DNA of 20,000 nt from an uncultured virus (IMG/VR IMGVR_UViG_3300008107_006367) (Duplodnaviria; Heunggongvirae; Uroviricota; Caudoviricetes). The stretch lies in IMG/VR virus record IMGVR_UViG_3300008107_006367. One strand, 5' to 3'. Position 1 is the first letter of the stretch; every line of letters begins with the position of its first letter. Positions 9,834 to 18,300 of the stretch are shown in pieces. A program made the translations under genes and the position numbers. Under the pieces are notes generated by a model. That model saw only the letters and a program-made list of their open reading frames with translations. It was not told the origin of the DNA and ran no database searches.

Positions 9834-10942
9834 TGGATAGTAAGGAGGATATACTTAAAAAATACGTTTGTGAGATGCCATTTATGTACAGCGATGTACA
9901 ATGGACATCTCAATTCGTATGCTGTCCTTCTTGGGCACCACAAAGTATCAGAGTTGATGTTAATGGAAATGAAAGCTGGTTTCCGGTAAACGAAACCGAT
10001 GATGTAATGCGGAATTGGACATCAGTTCCGGCTCAAAATATTCGTAAATCGGTTTTAGATGGTACTTACAAATATTGTGACCACAAAATATGTCCGAGAT
10101 TAAATGAATTAATAAACACAGGCAGAAAACCATATTTGTTTAGAGAAATAGATGAGTTTAGAGAGGTTTACAATATTCATACCGAAGAAGATATTATAAA
10201 CTATAAAACGCCGCCTGAAGAGATTCTATTTGGATTCGATAGAAGTTGCAATTTAAGATGTCCATCTTGTAGAGTTAATTTAATTCCAAACGATGATTTA
10301 GAATCACCACAACATAAAGCAAAATTACATTTATTAAAATCGATTGAAGATAATTTTGCAAGTAATTTAAAAAGAATTATGGTTACAGGTAGTGGTGACC
10401 CATTCTATTCAAAAATTTATAGAGATTATTTGATAAACTTTGATATAACAAAGTATCCCAATTTAGAACAATTACAAATAATTACAAATGGTAATTTATT
10501 GGATGAAAAGTTGTGGAATCAGATGAAAGCAAGCCCATACATTAAAACTATTGAAATTAGTATTGATGCGGGTACAAAGGATACATATGAAAATAAAACG
10601 AGATTAAATGGTAATTGGGATAGATTAATAAATAATTTAAAATTTCTATCAACTCGAGATACAATAGATGAATTTATATGTTCAATGGTAGTTAGTAAGC
10701 ACAACTATAAAGAAATGTATTTGTTTTATGAGATAATAACAGATATATTTAAAGAATCTACATTTGAATTGGTTATAAATTATAGACAGTTGGTAGATTG
10801 GGGAACATATCCATTTGATACTTTAAAAGAATTACAAGTATTCAATGAAGAGCACGAATTATTCAATGAGTTTTTAGAAGAAGTAAATAAAATACATAAT
10901 AAGAAATTTGTAAACCACAATTTTCATCATTTAATTAAATAA
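9833..10942 (+). CDS. Radical SAM protein with N-terminal twitch/SPASM-like domain
   Basis: CNLRCPSC (10247-10270), GSGDPF, ITNG and ISIDA. N-terminal CEMPF...CCPSW...CDHKICP. Confidence 0.88.
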   Translation: MDSKEDILKKYVCEMPFMYSDVQWTSQFVCCPSWAPQSIRVDVNGNESWFPVNETDDVMRNWTSVPAQNIRKSVLDGTYKYCDHKICPRLNELINTGRKPYLFREIDEFREVYNIHTEEDIINYKTPPEEILFGFDRSCNLRCPSCRVNLIPNDDLESPQHKAKLHLLKSIEDNFASNLKRIMVTGSGDPFYSKIYRDYLINFDITKYPNLEQLQIITNGNLLDEKLWNQMKASPYIKTIEISIDAGTKDTYENKTRLNGNWDRLINNLKFLSTRDTIDEFICSMVVSKHNYKEMYLFYEIITDIFKESTFELVINYRQLVDWGTYPFDTLKELQVFNEEHELFNEFLEEVNKIHNKKFVNHNFHHLIK

Positions 10943-10943
10943 T

Positions 10944-11486
10944 ATGAGCGCACCACAATATTCACCATACAAAGATGCATTGACAAAATCGATGCTAACT
11001 TTAGCACAAATGGATGATACAATTTTTATTGGGCAACAAATAGTTTATGCCGGAAATCCTATGAGTACAACATTAGGAGATGTACCAAAGGAAAAAATGA
11101 TTGAAGTACCTGTTATGGAAGAAACACAAATGGGTATGACTTTGGGATTAGCTATGACTGGTAAAAGAGTAATTACATTTTATCCTCGTTGGGATTTTAT
11201 AGTTTCAGCAGCAAATCAAATGATAAACCATTTGGATAAATTTGAAATTATGACCGGTAAGAAGCCAAATGTAATTATAAGATTAGGTAAAGGCTCAGAT
11301 AAACCATTAGACCCGGGCCATCAACATAAAGGTAATTATATTGAAGAGTTTAAATCCTTATGTAAAAATATAGAATTTCACGATTTGAAAACACCATATG
11401 ATATTGAATTAGCATATACTTATGTTATGAAAGAGGGCGGTATTCATTGTTTAGTAGAATATCCAGAACTATATTATCAAAATTAA
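10944..11486 (+). CDS. ThDP-dependent E1 beta/transketolase pyrimidine-binding domain protein (short, 180 aa)
   Basis: IFIGQ, EVPVMEETQMGMTLGLAMTG (conserved Glu region), NQMIN and PGHQH. It lacks the usual C-terminal domain. Confidence 0.85.
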   Translation: MSAPQYSPYKDALTKSMLTLAQMDDTIFIGQQIVYAGNPMSTTLGDVPKEKMIEVPVMEETQMGMTLGLAMTGKRVITFYPRWDFIVSAANQMINHLDKFEIMTGKKPNVIIRLGKGSDKPLDPGHQHKGNYIEEFKSLCKNIEFHDLKTPYDIELAYTYVMKEGGIHCLVEYPELYYQN

Positions 11487-11490
11487 TATT

Positions 11491-11628
11491 ATGAAAAAGC
11501 TATTAAAAAAAATTCCAATTATTTCTTTTTTTATAAAAAAGTATGAAGAAAGACAATCTAAAAAACGAATTCAAAAAAAGTTAGAGGAGCTTAAAAAAAG
11601 AGACCCTTTTGTTTATAAATCATTTTAA
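11491..11628 (+). CDS. Small basic hypothetical protein (45 aa)
   Basis: Manual translation MKKLLKKIPIISFFIKKYEERQSKKRIQKKLEELKKRDPFVYKSF*. It fills the gap exactly (4 nt after the upstream stop, 2 nt before the next ATG) and is below the track's length cutoff. Confidence 0.75.
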   Translation: MKKLLKKIPIISFFIKKYEERQSKKRIQKKLEELKKRDPFVYKSF

Positions 11629-11630
11629 TT

Positions 11631-12800
11631 ATGAAGAAGTTATGCTTCGTTCATTATAGGAAAGATTCCGAAGGAAAATACTATTTTAAAGATGCAGAAC
11701 CAAAATCAGATTTTAACGAATTGATTGGTTCTTTTTGTTTATTTACTGTATTTGATTTGATTAAATTGGATTCAATAAATTCTGAAACATCTTTATTTAT
11801 TTCATTTCAATCAATAGATTTTTCAGTGCCATCATTTTGGGAAACTTTAAATGATAAATTAAAATCAATTAAAGTTAAAAATATATTTTATGATTTAGCT
11901 ACATATGATAATCAAGAAATAGCTGAATCAAATATGGATTTACTTTCCAATTTAATAGATGTTGAAAGTTTTATAATAAGTAAAAATATAATTTCAAAAA
12001 GAAATAATCACCTTTGGTTTGAAGAATTATTTTTTCATTACGTTAAGCCTGATAGCTTAATACCATTGAATATATTAGCATTTAAACGAGTTGAAGATAC
12101 TACATACCGTATACTAAGAAAGTTTAAGGGTATGTTTTATGCTGGCCATAATAGAATACATAAATTAGAATTTTTAAATCATTTATATACAAATGATTAT
12201 TTAAAAGATTTTATATGGTCATCAACAGGTCCGGATTATGAGCCAGATTTATTTAACGAATTTGTACCGCTAAAATTTCAAGAGTATTATAAAACGCTAG
12301 ATATTATTAAATTATTACCCCATTTAAACGATTATGAAACGTATGAAGATTATAGAGATAGAGCAAACGCTTATAACTTTGTTTCATATTTGGATTCATA
12401 TTTCGATGTAGCAGCTGAAACACGATTTTATCATATACAACGTTCTTCGGGAGCAACAAATACTCAATTAAGTTGGAATAATATTTCTGAAAAAATAATG
12501 AAACCAACGTTGATGGGGCATCCATTTATATTACTATCAAAGCCAAATACTATATCTACATTAGAATCTATGGGATTAAAGTATAATTTTGATTTTTGGA
12601 AATATGAATACGATTCTATTTTAGATGATTCTGAAAGAATGAAATCTATATTAGAATTTACGGATAGTGTTATGAAACTATCTAAAAAGGAATTAAAACA
12701 ATTTAAGACAGAATATAATCATTATACCGCAGGAAACTTTAATCAAATGGTTAAAGAGATATATCCACAAAGTATTTTAAGTATTTACAATAAAGCATAA
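11631..12800 (+). CDS. Hypothetical protein, putative glycosyltransferase-like paralog 3 (most divergent)
   Basis: YLDSYFDVAAET...ISEKIMKP...HPFI...LESMGLK...YEYD block. Confidence 0.5.
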   Translation: MKKLCFVHYRKDSEGKYYFKDAEPKSDFNELIGSFCLFTVFDLIKLDSINSETSLFISFQSIDFSVPSFWETLNDKLKSIKVKNIFYDLATYDNQEIAESNMDLLSNLIDVESFIISKNIISKRNNHLWFEELFFHYVKPDSLIPLNILAFKRVEDTTYRILRKFKGMFYAGHNRIHKLEFLNHLYTNDYLKDFIWSSTGPDYEPDLFNEFVPLKFQEYYKTLDIIKLLPHLNDYETYEDYRDRANAYNFVSYLDSYFDVAAETRFYHIQRSSGATNTQLSWNNISEKIMKPTLMGHPFILLSKPNTISTLESMGLKYNFDFWKYEYDSILDDSERMKSILEFTDSVMKLSKKELKQFKTEYNHYTAGNFNQMVKEIYPQSILSIYNKA

Positions 12801-13894
12801 TGAAGCATATAGTAGCTAGTGGTTGTTCATTTACTAGACAGGCACAACGAATAAATTTAGAAGGAAACGATAGTGATTTTCTATCAGATTGGATAGAAAT
12901 GTGGCGTTGGCCTCATTGGATTAAGAATTTGTATGATGCAGAAGTGTATAATATGGGTAGCGCTACACATGATAATTGGTCGATTGCCAGAACTACAATT
13001 TATAAAATAGAAAAATTAATAGAAAGTGGTGTAAATATAAAGGATATATGCGCCATAATCCAATGGTCAGCTTGGACTAGAGAATCATTCTATGTTTCTC
13101 CATCTAAAATGCAAGATTTGAATATTGTTATAGAAAATAAAACAAATCATTCTCATGCACATATTACCGATTGGATAGATTCAAAAAACTATAATGCTGA
13201 ATACGGATATTGGATATTGACGGGTGGTTTCAATTTAGACCATATTGAAAATAAAGCTAAGAAATTTTTACCATCATATTTTGAATATATAAAATCAGTT
13301 GAACAATCTTTCATAAATCATTTGGAAGCAAAACTTTATTTAGAAAATTATTTAAAAAATAAAGGAATAGAATGGTTTTCATTTGATATTCAAAATCAAT
13401 TTTCAAAAAGTTATACGGTTACCGCTGGATATGGATTCCCAAATTACAGAGAAACTGAAAATGAAAAATTTTCAGAAGCAATATTGGATAGAAAATATAT
13501 ACCAAATACTTGGGAAGATGATTTAAATTATACTCATTCTGATAATCCATACATCCACTATTTAATATCTTTAGTTAATACCAATCATTGGTTCTATAAA
13601 GAAGATGGTATTACTAAGTATGGTGGACAAATTGAATGGGCCATTCGCAACTTTGATTTAAAAAAAGAATTCTATTTAGTAGAGAATATAAATGATAGGG
13701 GTAAACTTATGAGTAACTTATTATTTATGGAACATTGTGATGGAAAAAAATGTATTACATTGGATGATATAAAAAACTATATGGATAATGAATGGTATTT
13801 AGGACACGTTTCATCTTATATGAATAGACGTTTTGTAAATGAGGTATTATCATCATTTTTAAAGAAAAATGGAATTAATAAAAAATTAATATAA
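12800..13894 (+). CDS. SGNH/GDSL-like hydrolase/acyltransferase paralog 2
   Basis: IVASGCSFT, QWSAWTR, GYWILTGG, YGGQIEWAIRNFD and WYLGHVSS, collinear with 7759..8835. Confidence 0.55.
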   Translation: MKHIVASGCSFTRQAQRINLEGNDSDFLSDWIEMWRWPHWIKNLYDAEVYNMGSATHDNWSIARTTIYKIEKLIESGVNIKDICAIIQWSAWTRESFYVSPSKMQDLNIVIENKTNHSHAHITDWIDSKNYNAEYGYWILTGGFNLDHIENKAKKFLPSYFEYIKSVEQSFINHLEAKLYLENYLKNKGIEWFSFDIQNQFSKSYTVTAGYGFPNYRETENEKFSEAILDRKYIPNTWEDDLNYTHSDNPYIHYLISLVNTNHWFYKEDGITKYGGQIEWAIRNFDLKKEFYLVENINDRGKLMSNLLFMEHCDGKKCITLDDIKNYMDNEWYLGHVSSYMNRRFVNEVLSSFLKKNGINKKLI

Positions 13895-13895
13895 T

Positions 13896-15323
13896 ATGAA
13901 ATTAATTTTTGGATATGATGTAATGACTTATAATGGAGAACAACCCAATTGTTTGAATCCAAAGTTTTTACCAACAATACATAAAGCATCCGATTTTAAA
14001 TTTGACCAATCAGACGCATATTTTAGACAAAGGTGGCAATCGGATTGGCCGGTATATAATAGTAATTATTTATGGGAATTCATAGAAAGAAAATCCGTAT
14101 ATGAAATTATTTGGGATAGAGAGAAGAATGGTAAGGGCTATGAATGGTTTTATGTAATAGAACCATTTGGTAATATTGAGCAATTTTTTGGAAATTATAG
14201 TGATGTACATTATCAATTCGCTTTAGAATTTATGTCTCAAAAAGCAATAGATGAAATTAAAAATTGGAATGGAAACGTTTTAATAAGTTATATCATAGAT
14301 GGTGGGTTAGGAATTACTAAGAAAAATTTTGAAAAAATATTTGAATTTTTTAAGAAGCATGAAATACCCGAAGAAAAAATATTCTTAGTATTTCAGGATT
14401 TCAAATTACCAAAAAACATTAAAAAATTAGGATACAACTATAATGTATTAGATTATAATCAAGCACTAATAGCAAAATCGCAAGAATTTTTTAATACACT
14501 AAACAATCCAAATTTTTCATATTGGAAAGAAGATAATCACGAACCACAAGTAGGTAAAATTAAACCACGAAAAAACACAGTAGTTACTTATGAAGAGTTT
14601 GAAAAATCAATAGGTTCTGAAAAAAAAGATTTTTTATTTTTATGTAGACATTGGAAAGAGCACAGAATATCTATTTTATATAATTTGTATAAATTGGGGT
14701 TAGATAAAAGTTTAGTTAGTTGGGATAATAAATTTTACAATGAAAACTTTATAAGAGAAAGAATAAATAGATGGAATGATGAAGAATTTATTTCCTTAAT
14801 AAAAAACGAATCAAAGCATTTGGATATTGATGATTTAACTAAAATCGCCGGATATGGGTTTGAAGATAAAGGTATTTATTTAAATTCTTATTTAAGTATT
14901 GTAACCGAATCTATATTTTTTCAAATAAGAAATAATCCTAATAACGAACCAGAAGCTGAATTTCCAACAGGTTATCTAAGTGAAAAGATTTGGAAACCAA
15001 TTGGGCATTGTCAACCATTTATATTAGCTGGTCCTGCGAAATCGTTGGAGTATATTAAATCATTAGGATTTAAAACATTTTCACCATTTATAGATGAAAG
15101 TTATGATAATTGTATCGATGATGATAAACGACTTAATTTGATTTTGGAAGAAATAATTAAATTTTCACAAAAAGCAAAAGAAGAAAAAGATGAATTTTTA
15201 AATAATGTGAAAGAAATATGTGAATATAATCAAAAATTATTTTTAGATTTTTCGATAAATCATAAAAGAATGCAAGGTGGTATAGTAACTTTTTTACTAA
15301 AAAATACTGATAACCTTATTTAA
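13896..15323 (+). CDS. Hypothetical protein, putative glycosyltransferase-like paralog 4
   Basis: KDFLFLCRHWKEHR; IVTES...YLSEKIWKP...QPFI...LGFKTFSPFIDESYD. Its N-terminal FYVIEPFGN resembles FYPIEIFGN in paralog 2. Confidence 0.55.
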   Translation: MKLIFGYDVMTYNGEQPNCLNPKFLPTIHKASDFKFDQSDAYFRQRWQSDWPVYNSNYLWEFIERKSVYEIIWDREKNGKGYEWFYVIEPFGNIEQFFGNYSDVHYQFALEFMSQKAIDEIKNWNGNVLISYIIDGGLGITKKNFEKIFEFFKKHEIPEEKIFLVFQDFKLPKNIKKLGYNYNVLDYNQALIAKSQEFFNTLNNPNFSYWKEDNHEPQVGKIKPRKNTVVTYEEFEKSIGSEKKDFLFLCRHWKEHRISILYNLYKLGLDKSLVSWDNKFYNENFIRERINRWNDEEFISLIKNESKHLDIDDLTKIAGYGFEDKGIYLNSYLSIVTESIFFQIRNNPNNEPEAEFPTGYLSEKIWKPIGHCQPFILAGPAKSLEYIKSLGFKTFSPFIDESYDNCIDDDKRLNLILEEIIKFSQKAKEEKDEFLNNVKEICEYNQKLFLDFSINHKRMQGGIVTFLLKNTDNLI

Positions 15324-15324
15324 G

Positions 15325-15336
15325 AATATTTATATA
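15325..15336 (+). promoter_or_regulatory. Candidate phage promoter motif AATATTTATATA (core TATTTATA)
   Basis: Lies in the longest intergenic gap of the window (29 nt), with the core ending 18 nt before the GTG of the large ORF, at a functional module boundary. The DNA is AT-rich, so a chance match is possible. Confidence 0.35.
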
Positions 15337-15352
15337 CAAATAAAAAGAGATT

Positions 15353-18300
15353 GTGGATAAACCAGAAGTTAAAAAAACCATAGTTGTATATTCAGGCCGT
15401 TTTCAACCTTTTCATAAAGGACATTACGCTGCATATCAAAAATTAGTGTCTAAATTTGGCGCTAATAATGTTTATATTGGTACATCTGATAAAACCGATT
15501 CTGGCAAATCTCCATTTAATTTTAAAGAGAAGGTTGTTATAATGGGTAAAATGTTTGGTATTCCGCCAAGCAAAATAGTTAAAGTATCAAACCCATACGC
15601 TCCAAAGGAAATACTTGCTAAATATGATGGTAAAACAACACAATATATAGCAGCAGTAGGAGAAAAAGATGCGAGTAGATTAGCTGGTAAATATTTTAAA
15701 CCATATAAAGGTAAGGCTGGATACGGATATGATGAAATTGGTTATACTTATATTATACCATCCGACCCGAACCCAATTAGTGGAACTGATGTAAGAAAAT
15801 GGTTAAGTTCGGATAATGCTGAAAAGCTATTTTTGAAAGCATATCCAAAATTCGATAAAGAAATTTATAAAATGATAACTAACAAACTGATTAAAGAAGA
15901 ATTTATAAAAGGTTATCCATCTAAAGAAGATGTTAAGAAGATACAAAAGAAAAACGATGATATTCGTTCAGTAGCAACTACTGATGATTCATATGTATAT
16001 GACCCTATCGCTGAACAAATAGCAAAATTAGTATTTGAAGCTGATAATTTTATAGAAGAATATTTCTTAGAAGAAGAACCAAATCCTGTAATGGATAAGG
16101 AAATTACATACACTTCTTCCAATGGAAAGAAAAAGAAAATTACTGTTAGAGGTGCATTACGATTACCAAAAGACCACGAAGCACATATTCAAGCAGCTAA
16201 ATTAGTTGGACCAAATGATGCTCCTGCTAATGAACCAAAAGGAAAGGCCGCAACTCAAGCAGATAAACCAGCAGCTCCGGGTCAACCTGTTAAGAAAGGA
16301 CAAACCGCACAAGGTAAAGCAGATGCTAAACCTAAAGGAGATGGTGCCGAAAAAGGTGGAGAAAAGCAAGCCCCGCCGCCTGAGCAAAAATTAAGTGGTG
16401 CTGAATTAAAATCGGATGCTGAAAAGAGAGCAAGTGGAGAAGAGACAAAAGAAACAGACAAAGAAAAGAAAGAAAGAGAATTTAAAGAGGGTATAAATAA
16501 CCAAATTAAAAAAGAAAAAGAAGGATTATCTCACGAAGAAAATAAAGTTTACGAATTTTTAGATGGAATATCCGATGAGGATAAAGCTGCAGCAATTGAT
16601 GATGCTTTAAATAAAAGAAATATCATTCAAAAAATTGCACAAGATACAATGATTGGCGGTTGGATTGCTAAAAAGGGAAAACAACTAAAAGATACAGCTG
16701 AAGGTATTTCCTCATTTGTAAGAACGGGTAAAACCGGAATGACAGAAGATTGTAGCGGAACTCCAGCAGGCCCACACGCTAAAAGCGGTTGGTCTATGAA
16801 CGAAGATGCAAACGATAGACAAAATTATCTTTCATCATTGGGTAAAGATGGCAAGCAAAAAGAAAAACCAAAAAAACCTAAAGATAAAAGCAATTGTAAA
16901 GAAGTTCACTACACCGATTATCAAAAGCGTGATGAAAATGGTAAAAAGGTTTATAAAGAAGAACCAGCGTATAAGCAAGGAGCAGGTAAACCAGACCCTA
17001 AAGATTTAAAAGATGGTGCATACTATGGTGGACTTGGAACTGGCTATATAGGCCCTAGAAAAGCTGGAAATGAATATGGTAATGTTTCTAAAGAAGATGC
17101 GTTTAAAGCAAATGAATTAGATTCTGAAACCGGATTCTTTAAAAGAGATGATAAGTATTACGATAAAGATGGATTGGAGGTTGATAAAAAGGGAAATAGT
17201 TTAGGTGCAGATGGAAAGCCAACACAGGAAACAAAATTAAAACTTTGGCCTTTACCACCAAAAAGAGTTCCAAAAACAAACAAAATTCCTGAATACGAAG
17301 ATGATTTATCACCAGAACAAAAACATTTGGCACACGAATCACACCATAAATCGCACGAACAAAATCATGCAATTGCACACACTGTTATGGAGGCAGCAGC
17401 AGTAGTTGGTGGTGCGGTATATGGACCTGCTATATTAGGTAAAATGGGTATAGGTGCAGCAGCTGGTGGACACGCCGGAGGACATGGTGCAGCAGAATTA
17501 GCAAAACATATTGCAAAAGATGCTGCAAAACATGCTACTATGGAAATAATGGGAATGAGAAACATAGGTGGTATGGCTGGTGCAGGATTGGGGGCAAGTG
17601 CTGTAACGGGTGGATTGTTGGAAGGACTCATAAAAGAAATGAGTTTATTATCAGAAGCTGATGAAGAAGAATTTAATAAAAAGTTTTTCTTAAAGTTAAT
17701 TAAAATGCAAGCCGAAGCTCTGAAAAATTACAAAATGACTCCCGAACAAAAGTTGGAGAGTTTAATTACATATAAGTTATCTAAAGAAAAAAAAGAACAA
17801 GATAATAAAAAACAAAATTTATTAAACTTAATAAAAACAGAAGATATTAATGTAGATGTTGATAAAGGAGATACTGTTTTGATGGGTAAGTTTAAAAATA
17901 AAAAAGTAGATATAAAAGATATCGGAACTGATGACCACGGAATGCCAACAATCAATGGTAAGCAAGCAACCACATTCAGAAAAATAAATGAAATCAATAA
18001 AGGATTCTTTAAAGGTAAAATTAAAATAGGTGGCCAACCTGTTGATGTAGAAGTTGAATTAGTAGGAGCAGATAATAAAAATAGAGAGTTTGTTACCAAA
18101 GTAATTGGTATAGATAAAAAATATCAAAGTAAATTACCAATAGGTTCTACATTACCAATACCTTCAAAAGTATTTCGTTGGGGCGGTTGGGTTAAGATAA
18201 AAGTTCCATCAGCATTTAATGAAGTAGGACATGGAGACTGGCATTATAAAGCGATTATGAAAATGTGGGATAAAGCTGGTTCATTTGGTAGAAAGAAAAT

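Noticed and set aside
4866..11486. Housekeeping pyruvate dehydrogenase (pdhA/pdhB)
   Set aside because: The subunits are much shorter than canonical, dispersed among sugar genes, and no E2 catalytic or E3 gene is visible. Gene symbols were withheld.
16206..17009. Short + strand ORFs 16206..16394 and 16806..17009
   Set aside because: They are out-of-frame overlaps within the large ORF starting at 15353 and have no independent support.
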